From an uncultured Candidatus Rokubacteria bacterium (GTDB taxonomy: Bacteria; Methylomirabilota; Methylomirabilia; Rokubacteriales; CSP1-6), in assembly GCA_963754315.1 (NCBI GenBank), contig CAVWFS010000008.1:224001-288000 (forward strand): a stretch of DNA of 64,000 nucleotides, read 5' to 3'. This document shows positions 10,100 through 19,856 of this stretch, one piece after another. Position 1 is the first letter of the stretch. Each line of letters starts with the position of its first letter. The notes beneath the pieces are model-generated. The model did no database searches, was not told the DNA's origin, and saw nothing but the letters and a program-made list of their open reading frames with translations. Both the position numbers and the translations under genes were made by a program.

Positions 10100-11124
10100 G
10101 CGGGCCCCCCGCCCTCCTGCCGACGTCGGTCGTGGGCAGCCACGGACTCCCCGGCTGGGTCTGGCTCGCCCGGGAGGCGATGTCGCAAGGGCGGCTGGGT
10201 CCGGTCGACCTGCGCGAGCTGATGGAGGATGCCACCCAGATAGCGTTGCTCGACCAGGAACGGGCCGGCATCGATGTCCTGACCACCGGGGAGATGGGAC
10301 GCGTGCGCTTCATCATCGGCTTCTACGACTCCATCAAGGGAATTCGCGCGCTCCCCGCGCCGCGCCAGCTCGGGCAACCACTGTGGGATACCAACACCCC
10401 TTTCGAGGTGGTGGAGAAGATCGCGGCGCCGCAGGGCCTGGGCATCGTCGAGGAGTTCACGCTCGCCCGTGGGCTTACCAGCAAACCGATCAAGGCCACC
10501 GTGCCTGGCCCCTACACGCTGATGGTGCCGCTCAGACTCGGCGGTGGTTACCGCGACAAGGATACGCTCCTGGCTGACCTCGTCGCTCTCGTCAACGCCG
10601 AGTGCAAGGCCCTGGTCGCGGTGGGCGCCGGCTTCATCCAGATCGACGAGCCGCACCACGGCATGTACGCGGGGACGGTGCCTCAGATCGCCAAGGGGCT
10701 CAACCGCGCCGTGGAGGGCATCGACGCCAAGATCGCCGTCCACATCTGCTTCGGTAACCTCTACGGGCGCCCCTTCAGCGCTGTGCGGGACTACCGACAC
10801 GTATTCCCCACCTTGCACGACTTGCACGCCGCGCAGATCGTGCTGGAGTTCGCTAACCGAGGTCCGGAGGTGGCGGATAACTGGCGCGATTTTCCGAAGG
10901 ACAAGGAGCTGGGGGCGGGTGTCATCGACGTGAAGGCTTTCAAGGCAGAGACGCCGACAGACGTAGCAGAACGCGTGCGCGCTCTGCTCATCCACATCGC
11001 ACCGGACAAGCTATGGCTCAACCCGGACTGTGGCTTCTGGGAAACGCCGCGGTGGGTGGTGAAGCAGAAGCTCGCCGCGCTGGTGGGTGGGGTCGAGATC
11101 GTGCGCAAAGAGCTGGACGGCTAG
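10096..11124 (+). CDS. Cobalamin-independent methionine synthase C-terminal-like (Meth_synt_2) Zn enzyme
   Basis: PTSVVGS, QIDEP, HICFGN, LEFANR, NPDCG. Confidence 0.88.
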   Translation: MSGPPALLPTSVVGSHGLPGWVWLAREAMSQGRLGPVDLRELMEDATQIALLDQERAGIDVLTTGEMGRVRFIIGFYDSIKGIRALPAPRQLGQPLWDTNTPFEVVEKIAAPQGLGIVEEFTLARGLTSKPIKATVPGPYTLMVPLRLGGGYRDKDTLLADLVALVNAECKALVAVGAGFIQIDEPHHGMYAGTVPQIAKGLNRAVEGIDAKIAVHICFGNLYGRPFSAVRDYRHVFPTLHDLHAAQIVLEFANRGPEVADNWRDFPKDKELGAGVIDVKAFKAETPTDVAERVRALLIHIAPDKLWLNPDCGFWETPRWVVKQKLAALVGGVEIVRKELDG

Positions 11125-11132
11125 GACAAGGG

Positions 11133-11381
11133 TCAACCGCCCTTCAAGCGGGGATCGAGTAGGTCGCGTAGTGCGTCGCCCAGCATGTTGAACCCGAAAA
11201 CCGCGAGCGAGAGGGCGACGGCCGGCCAGATGGCCATCCAGGGAGCCTGGTACATGTGATCGAGGCCTCCCAGCGAAAGCATCCCCCCCAGGTTGGGTAG
11301 GGTGGGGGGACGCCGAGCCCGAGGAAGGAAAGGCTCGCTTCCGTCAGGATCACCGTTGAGAGCCCGGTGGTGGCCACCACG
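11133..11381 (-). pseudogene. C-terminal remnant of DppC-type ABC permease
   Basis: VVATTGLSTVILTEASLSFLGLGVPPPYPTWG(G) / MLSLGGLDHMYQAPWMAIWPAVALSLAVFGFNMLGDALRDLLDPRLKGG*; no N-terminal part; frameshift in G run at ~11283-11289. Confidence 0.85.
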
Positions 11382-11453
11382 GGGGGCGGACGGGCCGCCA
11401 TCAGAGTAGAATCCCGTTCGCGATCACCTCGCAGCAAGAAAAAGGAGATGGAC

Positions 11454-11801
11454 ATGAGCGTCAAGCGTCACGGTGTCGGACCCCGTCTCAGTCAGGCCGT
11501 GGTTCATGGCAACACCGTCTATCTGGCCGGCATGGTCGCCAACGACCCGGCGGCCGATGCCAAGGGGCAGACCGAGCAGATCCTCAAACGGATCGACGAT
11601 GCGTTGGCGACGGCAGGTAGCCACAAGTCCAAGCTGCTCTCCGCTACCGTGTACGTGGCCAGCATGGCCCTCTACAACGATATGAACGCCGCCTGGGACG
11701 CCTGGGTCGATCCCAAGAACACGCCCGCCCGCGCGACCGTGGAAGCGCGCCTGGCCTCGCCCAAGTACCTCGTCGAGATCATGTGTACCGCCGCTCTGTG
11801 A
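11454..11801 (+). CDS. RidA/YjgF family protein (YoaB-like)
   Basis: RLSQAVVHGNTVYLAG, MNAAWDAWV...PARATVEARLA...VEI; SD AAGGAG. Confidence 0.9.
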   Translation: MSVKRHGVGPRLSQAVVHGNTVYLAGMVANDPAADAKGQTEQILKRIDDALATAGSHKSKLLSATVYVASMALYNDMNAAWDAWVDPKNTPARATVEARLASPKYLVEIMCTAAL

Positions 11802-11852
11802 ACGCGGGGCGGCCGTGAGACGCCGCCCGGAGGTCGTGATCGGGCCGCCCGT

Positions 11853-13097
11853 TCAGTGGCGCTCGGCGAGGATGGCCTCCATGCGGCGCTCACGGCCGTC
11901 GCGGACGATCACCACGTCGACGCGGTCCCCTGCTCGACGAGTCCGCAAGGCGAGGGTGAGATCCTCGAGGGTTTTCACGTCCACACCAGCGAACTTCACG
12001 ATGAGGTCGCCGGTGCGCACGCCAGACCGGTCGGCCGGGCTGCCCGGCCTCACGTCCCTCACCCGAACGCCGGGGCGGGCCTCGGCAAATTCCGGAACGA
12101 TCCCGAAGAAGACCCGCTGCTCGGGTGGCGTCGCGAGTTTCACGTACTGTGGGGGAGAATCTAGCGTGCTCGTCGCGCTGACCACCTTGGTGGCCAAGGT
12201 GAAGACGGTGGCCAGGCCTGACCCGTTGATCTTGTCCCAGGTATCAGTCGGCCGGTGATAGTCCTCGTGGATGCCAGTGAAGAAAAAGAGGACGGGCAGC
12301 CCCGCCCGATAAAAGGTCGTGTGGTCGGAGGGGGCCCACGGGTCGCCGCGAAGCTCCAGGCTGAGCGGTAGGCCGCGAGCTGCCTCCGCGAGCAGGTCGC
12401 GCAGACCGGTCCCGCTGTCCACCCCGCCGACGAAGAGGCGCTCGTGACGGAGGCGTCCTACCATGTCCAGGTTCAGCATGAGAATCGTCCGCTCGAGTGG
12501 CCACGCCGGGTTCTTGCTGTAGTGTTTGGACCCGAGCAGGCCCAATTCCTCGCCGGAGAAGGCGACGAAGATGAGCGTGCGTGGCGCCCCTCCCGTGGCC
12601 GCGAACGCACGGGCGAGGGCTAGCATGACAGCCGTGCCGGATGCGTTGTCGTCAGCCCCATGATGGACCGCACTGCCCCGGTCGACGGACGCCCCCGGTT
12701 GTCCCTCTCGTCCCAGGTGATCGTAGTGGGCGCCGACCAGGATGGCCTCATGCTGCAACCGAGCATCGCGTCCCGGCAGAATGGCGACGACATTGGCGCT
12801 CTGGGCCGGCGGTCCGGGCCGCGTTCCGCTGGGAACCGTAAAGACCTGCAGGAACCCTCCGCCGTCTCCGCCCGGGGTGAGACCCGCCTCCCGGAACACA
12901 CTGCTGATGAGCGCGGCTGCCCGGTCACCACCTGGGGTACCTGAACCCCGGCCTTCCATCTCGGGCGCGGAGAGCACCCTGACCTGGTCGAGAATCCAAT
13001 CGGCTGGGGGATAGGCCGGCGACGTCGCCGCGGCCGACGCCGCGCCGAGAAGAGCCATGAGCAGCAGGACCGCGACTGGCGAACGAGGGAGACGCAT
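11853..13097 (-). CDS. Secreted M28 family aminopeptidase with C-terminal PDZ domain
   Basis: Signal peptide; GAHYDH, GADDNASG, FSGEELGLLGS, NLDMVG, SDH, YH..TD; PDZ FFGIVP...GSPA. Confidence 0.9.
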   Translation of the reverse strand: MRLPRSPVAVLLLMALLGAASAAATSPAYPPADWILDQVRVLSAPEMEGRGSGTPGGDRAAALISSVFREAGLTPGGDGGGFLQVFTVPSGTRPGPPAQSANVVAILPGRDARLQHEAILVGAHYDHLGREGQPGASVDRGSAVHHGADDNASGTAVMLALARAFAATGGAPRTLIFVAFSGEELGLLGSKHYSKNPAWPLERTILMLNLDMVGRLRHERLFVGGVDSGTGLRDLLAEAARGLPLSLELRGDPWAPSDHTTFYRAGLPVLFFFTGIHEDYHRPTDTWDKINGSGLATVFTLATKVVSATSTLDSPPQYVKLATPPEQRVFFGIVPEFAEARPGVRVRDVRPGSPADRSGVRTGDLIVKFAGVDVKTLEDLTLALRTRRAGDRVDVVIVRDGRERRMEAILAERH

Positions 13098-13175
13098 GCA
13101 GCCATTGTACCGAGGCGCGAGCCAGCTAGCCCTTGAAGCACGGCAGCCGCGGTCGCATACTGCCACGCGGTGGCG

Positions 13176-14614
13176 ATGAAGGAGACCCTGGAGCGGGAGC
13201 TGAAGCTCGACGTCGGGCCACGCTTCCGCCTGCCCAAGCTGCCGGGCGAACCTCTCCCGCGCCGCATGTTCGTCTCCGTCTACTACGACGGTCACGACCA
13301 TCGCCTGGCCCGCAAAGGTGTCACCGTGCGCCGGCGTACCGAGAAGCGCCAGCACCGCTGGCAGGTCAAGCTTCCGCGGGGAGCCGCCCGGCTAGAGATC
13401 GAGCTTCCTGGCTCGCCGACTATCATCCCTCCCGAGCTGTGCCGCCTCCTGAGCGTCTATACCCGCGGAGCCGACCTGGCGCCCATCGCCACCCTTCTCA
13501 CGCGTCGCTCCGGTGTATTGGTGCGTGATCTCCGGGGACCGGTGGCGGAGGTTGTGCTGGACTCCGTGTCCGTCTTCGAGGATCGGCGAATCGTCCAGCG
13601 CTTCCGGGAGGTCGAGATCGAACTGGTCGGGGGCGACGAGCAGGCGCTCGAGCACCTGGGCGACGCGCTCCGCGCCGCCGGCGCCACCGATAGCGACGGC
13701 CGCCCCAAGGTCTTCCGGGCCCTCGGGCTGGATTTGTCTGTTGACCACAAGCCGCTCGCCGAGTCGGCTTCGACGCTCGATCATGTGCTGGTCATGTTGC
13801 GGGGGCAGCTCGAAGCCGTTCGCGCCCACGATCCAGGCACGAGACTTGGTCGGGACGCCGAGGAACTTCATCAGATGCGGGCGGCGGTCCGGCGGTTGCG
13901 GGCCATCTTGCGAGCTTCCCGGGCGCTGTTCGAACCCGGAGCGGTCGAGGCGCTTCGAAAGGAGCTGGCCTGGCTGAACACGGAGTTGGGAGGCAGACGC
14001 GATCTCGACGTCCTTCGCGACTATCTGGCGTCAGAGCTGGCCAGTCTCGATCGTCCGGAGCGGCGTGGTGGTCAGCGGCTACTCCGTCAGCTGGACGAAG
14101 AGCGAGAGCGGGCGGGCCAGAGGCTCCTGACTGTGCTCGAGAACCAACGCTATTTCGCCGTGCTCGACCGGCTGGAGGACTTGATTACCGACCCGCCACC
14201 GACGGGCGCGGAGGTGTCGCTGAAAGATCTCGCCGCCGCGGAGTTCCGAAAGCTGCGCAAGGCCGTCAAGGCGCTACCCGAAGCGCCGAGCGACGCAGAC
14301 TTGCATGCGGTCCGGATCAAGAGCAAGCGCGCGCGCCACGCGGCGGAGCTGGCGGTGCCGACCGAAGGCCGCGCAAGCCGAGCGCTTCGCCAGCAAGGCC
14401 AAGCGAGCTGCAAGATATTCTCGGGGAGCATCAGGACGCGGTTGTTGCCGAGGCACGCCTGCGTGAGCTTTTTGCCGGCGTCCGCGGCCGTCGGGCCAGC
14501 TTCGTTGCCGGGCGTCTCGTGGAGCGTCAACGGGCCCGACGACAGGCGGCGCGCGAGGCCTTCCAGAACTTCTGGCCGAAGGTCGAGAGTCGAGGGCGAA
14601 GGGTATGGGGGTGA
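13176..14614 (+). CDS. CYTH + CHAD domain protein; two +1 frameshifts (~14376, ~14404)
   Basis: ERELK (ExExK CYTH motif), YYD, EVEIEL; CHAD LHQMRAAVRRLR and LHAVRIKSKRARH; restored tail AERFASKAKELQDILGEHQD...RVWG* (TGA 14612-14614). Confidence 0.85.
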
Positions 14615-15036
14615 CTGAAACCGTGCGAGCCGCCGGTGGCGTCGTGTGGCGGCGCACCGCGAGCGGAGGGGTCGACGTTCTCCTCGTGCATCGGACCGGA
14701 CGTGAGGACTGGACCCTGCCCAAGGGCAAGGTCGAGCCGGGGGAGACCGACGAAGCGTGCGCGGTGCGTGAGGTGCAGGAGGAGACGAATCTCTCCTGCA
14801 CTCTCGGGATGGAGGTCGGCACCGTGCAATACCTCGATCAACGCGGCCGCACGAAGACCGTCCGCTACTGGAGCATGCAGGCGATCGACGGTGTCGCCTC
14901 CGCCCAGCACGAAATAGACGCCGTTCGCTGGATTCCGCTGCAGGAAGCCCCCCGCGAACTCACGTATCCGCGGGATCGAGCGCTCCTCGCCTCGTGCACA
15001 CGCGAGATTGTGCGGGCGGCCAAGGAGCAAGAATGA
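14605..15036 (+). CDS. NUDIX hydrolase (MutT1/Ap4A hydrolase-like); start may be GTG 14611
   Basis: VRAAGGVVWR, DWTLPKGK, Nudix box GKVEPGETDEACAVREVQEET. Confidence 0.92.
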   Translation: MGVTETVRAAGGVVWRRTASGGVDVLLVHRTGREDWTLPKGKVEPGETDEACAVREVQEETNLSCTLGMEVGTVQYLDQRGRTKTVRYWSMQAIDGVASAQHEIDAVRWIPLQEAPRELTYPRDRALLASCTREIVRAAKEQE

Positions 15037-15037
15037 C

Positions 15038-16234
15038 CTAGCGCGAGCGGAGCTCCCGGGCGCCGAAGGCGAGTAGGGCCGCACCGATCCAGACGAGGCC
15101 AGCATCAAAGAGGAAGGCCACCGGGATGCTGGCGGCGGCCAGAGCCCCCGTGATCAGGGGACTGACGGCGCTTCCAACCTGTACGCCCATCGCGAGCCAG
15201 CCGAAGGCAGCCCCCCGATTCTCGCTGGGTACGATCTGGCCACCCAGCGCGTAGGCCAGAGTGATCGCGCCGCCCAGGCACAAGCCGACGAGAGTCCGCA
15301 GCACCAGCAGCGACACCCAGCCCCCGGCCAGCGCCATGGCCCCGCACAGAGGGCCGCCGACGAGGAAGGCGATCATCAGCAGATGTGCGGACGGGATGCC
15401 TTGCGCCAGGCGCGCCACCAGGTTGGCCGAGATCGTGGCAGCCACGGCAGCGATCGCGATGATGAAGCCGGACGTGGCGGCGACCGCCTCCACACTAGGT
15501 AGGTGAGCAACGCGTAAGGGGACAAGCAGGGCAAGGCTCCGGTCGACGTACTGCGCGATCACCAGCAGGGTGAGCACGAACATGAAGTGGGGATAGCCGA
15601 ACACTTGCCGGAGCGGCAGGCGTACGGTCGCCTGCCGCGACGGGCCGGGTGCCAGCTCCTTGAACAGCACGATGAGTCCGATCAGCGCCAGCGCACACAG
15701 GCCCGCCGTCGCGAAGAGGGCTGAGCGAATCCCGAAACGAGTGGCGAGGTAGCCGCCGGCGGCGGGCCCGATCGCGACGCTCAGCAACTGCGCGGACTGC
15801 ACCAGGCCGATCGCCTCGGGCACCTTTTCGCGAGGGGCCGAGACGCTGGCGAGGGCCATGGCCATCGGCGTGAAGCCGGCGAAGAAGCCCATCAGCAGTC
15901 GCGCCACGAAGAGCTGTTCCACTGACGTGACCAGCCCCATGGCGGACATGATGATCACGAAGGCCACCAAGGAACGGATGAGCATCGCCTTGCGGCCGAA
16001 GCGATCGGCCAGTCGACCGAAGAACGGACCGAGCAGACCGGAGACGGCTGGCGTCACGGCCGCGATCAGACCGGACCACAGCGCGATCCGGCCCGGATCG
16101 GTCACGCCCAGGTCGCGGACGTAGAGCGGCAGAAATGGCGCGAAAGACTGGAAGCCCACGAAGGCGACGAAGACGACAAGGGCCAGCGCCCACACGTTGC
16201 GTCGCCAGCCGGCCGACTCCGCCGACCCCGTCAC
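15038..16234 (-). CDS. MFS transporter (MdtG/DHA1-like)
   Basis: ~12 TM segments, GRLADRFGRK motif A. Confidence 0.9.
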   Translation of the reverse strand: MTGSAESAGWRRNVWALALVVFVAFVGFQSFAPFLPLYVRDLGVTDPGRIALWSGLIAAVTPAVSGLLGPFFGRLADRFGRKAMLIRSLVAFVIIMSAMGLVTSVEQLFVARLLMGFFAGFTPMAMALASVSAPREKVPEAIGLVQSAQLLSVAIGPAAGGYLATRFGIRSALFATAGLCALALIGLIVLFKELAPGPSRQATVRLPLRQVFGYPHFMFVLTLLVIAQYVDRSLALLVPLRVAHLPSVEAVAATSGFIIAIAAVAATISANLVARLAQGIPSAHLLMIAFLVGGPLCGAMALAGGWVSLLVLRTLVGLCLGGAITLAYALGGQIVPSENRGAAFGWLAMGVQVGSAVSPLITGALAAASIPVAFLFDAGLVWIGAALLAFGARELRSR

Positions 16235-16273
16235 GGTCGAACGGAGCCACCAGCGCGCTGGGGAGCGACCTTC

Positions 16274-17176
16274 TCAGCTCCGCCGCAGCTTGGGGTCGAG
16301 CGCGTCCCGCAGGGAATCGCCAAAGAGATTGAAGCCGAACACTCCGAGGCTGATGGCGATGCCCGGGAAGAGGGCGATCCACGGAGCCTTCTCGGCATAG
16401 GACAGGGCCGACCCGGAGAGCATCAGGCCCCACGAGGGCGTTGGCTCCGCCGCCCCCAGACCGAGGTAGCTCAGGGCAGCCTCGGCCAGGATGGCCGCTC
16501 CGAGCTGCGCGGTCACGATGATGATGTAGGGCGCGACGACGTTGGGGACGATATGCTGCAGGACCACGCGGGGACGGGAGGCGCCGAGCGCGTTCACCGC
16601 CTCCACGTACACATTCTCCTTCACCGACAGGGCGCTCGACCGCACCACCCGCGCCGCGCGCGGAATGATGGGAATGGAGATCGCGATGACCACGTTGTGG
16701 ACCGCCGGGCCCAGGATCGAGGCGATGGCGAGGGCGAGGATCAACTGCGGAAATGCCAGCAGGATGTCCATCAAGCGCTCGAGGAGGAGATCGACCTTCC
16801 CGCCCCAGTACGCGCTGATGACTCCCAGCAGGCCGCCGATCGTGCAGCCCGTGAATGACGCGGTGAAGCCCACGAAGAGCGCGATCCGGGCTCCGTAGAT
16901 GATCCGGCTCATGATGTCGCGTCCGAACTCATCGGTGCCGAACCAGTGCTCGACGCTTGGCCTCGCGAACTGCAACGCGTAATCGGCGCGGTACGGATCG
17001 TACGGCGCCAGGACCCCCGCGAGGGCGGCCACGACCATCATGAACACGATGATCAGCCCCCCCGCGGCCCCAAGCGGCTTCGTGCGGGCAAACTTGATGA
17101 TGGCTTCCACGGTGGACAGCCGCGGCCTCAGGCTCGGCGTCGCCGTGGCGTGGGTCAGCTCGACGTTGGTCGCCAT
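16274..17176 (-). CDS. Peptide/nickel ABC transporter permease (DppC-like)
   Basis: HWFGTDEFGRD, YVEAVNALGAS, HIVPN, AEAALSYLGLG, GDSLRDALDP; real start is ATG 17176 rather than the 627-aa ORF start. Confidence 0.93.
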   Translation of the reverse strand: MATNVELTHATATPSLRPRLSTVEAIIKFARTKPLGAAGGLIIVFMMVVAALAGVLAPYDPYRADYALQFARPSVEHWFGTDEFGRDIMSRIIYGARIALFVGFTASFTGCTIGGLLGVISAYWGGKVDLLLERLMDILLAFPQLILALAIASILGPAVHNVVIAISIPIIPRAARVVRSSALSVKENVYVEAVNALGASRPRVVLQHIVPNVVAPYIIIVTAQLGAAILAEAALSYLGLGAAEPTPSWGLMLSGSALSYAEKAPWIALFPGIAISLGVFGFNLFGDSLRDALDPKLRRS

Positions 17177-17178
17177 CG

Positions 17179-18132
17179 CTACCGATAGCGGATGCGTGGA
17201 TCGAACCACGCATACGTCAGGTCCACGAGGAGGTTCACGAGTACGAAGCTGAACGCGATCAGGAAGATGAGGGCTTGCACGACCGGGTAGTCCCGATGGG
17301 CGACGGCGTCGACCACGAAGCGGCCCACGCCGTTCAAGGTGAACACCGTCTCGGTGACGACCAGGCCCCCGATGAGGAACGCGAACTCCGTCCCGATCAG
17401 GGTGACGACAGGGAGCATCGAATTTTTCAGCGCGTGACGGATCACGACCGCCTGTTCCCGCAACCCCTTCGCCCAGGCCGTGCGGATATAGTCCTCCCGG
17501 AGCACCTCCAGCAAGGTCGAACGGGTCATCCGGGTGGTCACCGCGGCGTACCGATAGCCGACGGTGAGCACGGGCCAGACCATGATCTGGAAATTCGCCC
17601 AGGGACTGACCCAGAGCGGCGTGAACTCCAGGGGCGGTCCCCAGCCGAAGAAGATCACGAGGAACAGGATGCAGAGGATCCCCACCCAGAACCCTGGGAT
17701 GGCGAGACCACCGATGCTGACCACGCGGATGACGTAGTCCACCCACGTGTCCTGGCGGACGGCGGCCAGCATGCCAAGGGGAATCGAGATCAGCACCGAG
17801 ACCATCGTGGCCATGAGCGCCAGCTGCAGGGATAGGGGCAGCCGAATGAGCAGTTCTTCGGTGACCGGCTGTCCCGTCCATAGCGATTTGCCGAAGTCGA
17901 AGCGCACCACGCCCCACAGCCATTTCCCGAACTGCACCAGGAGTGGCTGATCCAGTCCGAGCTGCCGGCGCATGGCATCGAGCTGTCTTTGATCGATCTG
18001 CCCTTGGTCCCCTCCCAGGATGAGGAGGGCCACGTCGCCCGGGATCACACGCATGATCAGAAATACCAGGGTTGCGGCCCCCAGCAAGGTGGGGATCATC
18101 AGGAGCAGCCGCTTGGCGATGTACGTGCGCAT
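17179..18132 (-). CDS. Peptide/nickel ABC transporter permease (DppB-like)
   Basis: YIAKRLL, LGLDQP, DFGKS, EDYIRTAWAKGL, HALKN, DPRIR. Confidence 0.94.
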   Translation of the reverse strand: MRTYIAKRLLLMIPTLLGAATLVFLIMRVIPGDVALLILGGDQGQIDQRQLDAMRRQLGLDQPLLVQFGKWLWGVVRFDFGKSLWTGQPVTEELLIRLPLSLQLALMATMVSVLISIPLGMLAAVRQDTWVDYVIRVVSIGGLAIPGFWVGILCILFLVIFFGWGPPLEFTPLWVSPWANFQIMVWPVLTVGYRYAAVTTRMTRSTLLEVLREDYIRTAWAKGLREQAVVIRHALKNSMLPVVTLIGTEFAFLIGGLVVTETVFTLNGVGRFVVDAVAHRDYPVVQALIFLIAFSFVLVNLLVDLTYAWFDPRIRYR

Positions 18133-18153
18133 GCCGCCTCCACCCTCCTCCGT

Positions 18154-19761
18154 TCAATCCTCTGCCAGCCAGACGTCTTGGAGCTTCTGGTTGGTGAACT
18201 GGCTCGGGTGGGCCACGAAGTTCTTCACCTTAGTCCAGTGCACGACGTTCCGCATCCACCAGAGGCCGGGCATGTAGTAGGCGTTCTCGAGGACGACTTT
18301 CTGGAGCTCGATGACCAGCTTCCGGCGCTCGGCCGGGTCGAGCGTCCGGGCCTGCCGCGAGTAGAGGTCGTCGATCGCGGGACTGGAGAAGCGGCCCCAG
18401 TTCTGAGGGGACCCGGTGACGGCGAGATTCAGCAACACATCGGGATCGTCGATGACAGCACCGTTTGGGTTCACGATCAGCTCGAAGTTCCCCTGGTCCC
18501 GTCCATCCGCGAACCAGGTCGCGGTCTCGAGCGGCCGATTCTCGGCCTCGATCCCGATCTTCTTCCATTCCTGGATCGCGAACACCGCCCAGTCCTGGTA
18601 GGGGAGCCTGACGTTGCGGTTCTTGAGGACCACCTTGAAGCCGTTGGGATAACCCGCCTCGGCCAGGAGCCGCTTGGCCTCGGCCCGGCTCTTCTCGGCG
18701 TCTCGCCAGAAGCCCGGGAGCTTCTCGAGTTCGGCCGGCGACATCGCCCACTCCGTGCCCGGCCGCGTGAGGGCCCCGACCTCCTTGAGGCCCGTGATCC
18801 CGTACAGTACCTTGCTCGCCGTGTAACGATCGAGCCCCAAGGTGAGCGCCTTGCGGACACGCACGTCGGTGAACGGCTTCACGGTGTTGTTGATCGCGAT
18901 GCCAACCTGGATAGTATTGGGGGCCTGCTGGACGGCGACCTTGTCGCCTAGGTGCTTCTTGATTGTCTCCACCTCGGAGTTGGGCAGGTCGCGGAACTCG
19001 ATGTAGGCGCGGCCAGACCGGATCGCCGCTGCGCGCACGGACGTCTCGGTGCTGATGAAGAACTTGTACCCGTCGAGGTACGGGCGGTCCTTGACGAAGT
19101 AATCGGGGTTCCGCTCTCCTTCGAACGTCGATCCGCGCGTGTAGCTCTTGAATTTGAACGGTCCGGAGCCGACGACGTTGGTCTTGAAGTAATTCGGATC
19201 CTTGTCGAGGTACTTCTTCGGATAGATCACGGCCCACGGGGAGGCGAGGTTCGACAGGAGGGAGGCCGACGGGTACGAAAGCTTGAACACGACTGTGCTC
19301 TGATCCGGAGCCTCGATGCTCTTGACCGCGGTGTAGTAGATCTTCCGTGGGCTCCGGACCCCTTCCGGCGGGAAGACGATCTTGTCGTAGGTGGCCTTCA
19401 CGTCGACGGCGGTCAGCGTCGAACCGTCGTGGAATCTGATCCCCTGACGGATCTTGAAGGTATAGGTGAGACCATCGGGCGAGATCTTCCATTCGCTGGC
19501 CACGTCGCCGATGACGTTCGGGTGACCGTAGGGATCGATCTGCAAGAGCGTGCTGTAGAGCGGGGCGACCGGGTGGAGGGTCGCGAAGGTGCTTTCCTGG
19601 TGCGCGTCGAGGCTCGGCGCGTCGGCACCGATGACCGCCAGCAGCACCCCTCCCCGGCGCGGAGTTTCCGACGCCCACACGGCGGAGGACCCCGCCGCCG
19701 CCAGCAATCCGAACAGGACAGCGAGCGCGAGGACGATGACGAGCACGCGATGATGTCGCAT
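18154..19761 (-). CDS. ABC transporter substrate-binding protein, family 5
   Basis: Signal peptide, SLD, DGLTYTFKIRQGIRFHDG, GSGPFK, DVRVRKA, AKRLLAEAGYPNG. Confidence 0.93.
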   Translation of the reverse strand: MRHHRVLVIVLALAVLFGLLAAAGSSAVWASETPRRGGVLLAVIGADAPSLDAHQESTFATLHPVAPLYSTLLQIDPYGHPNVIGDVASEWKISPDGLTYTFKIRQGIRFHDGSTLTAVDVKATYDKIVFPPEGVRSPRKIYYTAVKSIEAPDQSTVVFKLSYPSASLLSNLASPWAVIYPKKYLDKDPNYFKTNVVGSGPFKFKSYTRGSTFEGERNPDYFVKDRPYLDGYKFFISTETSVRAAAIRSGRAYIEFRDLPNSEVETIKKHLGDKVAVQQAPNTIQVGIAINNTVKPFTDVRVRKALTLGLDRYTASKVLYGITGLKEVGALTRPGTEWAMSPAELEKLPGFWRDAEKSRAEAKRLLAEAGYPNGFKVVLKNRNVRLPYQDWAVFAIQEWKKIGIEAENRPLETATWFADGRDQGNFELIVNPNGAVIDDPDVLLNLAVTGSPQNWGRFSSPAIDDLYSRQARTLDPAERRKLVIELQKVVLENAYYMPGLWWMRNVVHWTKVKNFVAHPSQFTNQKLQDVWLAED

Positions 19762-19856
19762 CTCTTGACCCTCCCTCGGTTGTCTGAGGAGCCGCCAACG
19801 CGCCTAATCTCTGCCGATCGTCTGCCTGACCGTCACCTCATGAATATGCGCGACGT

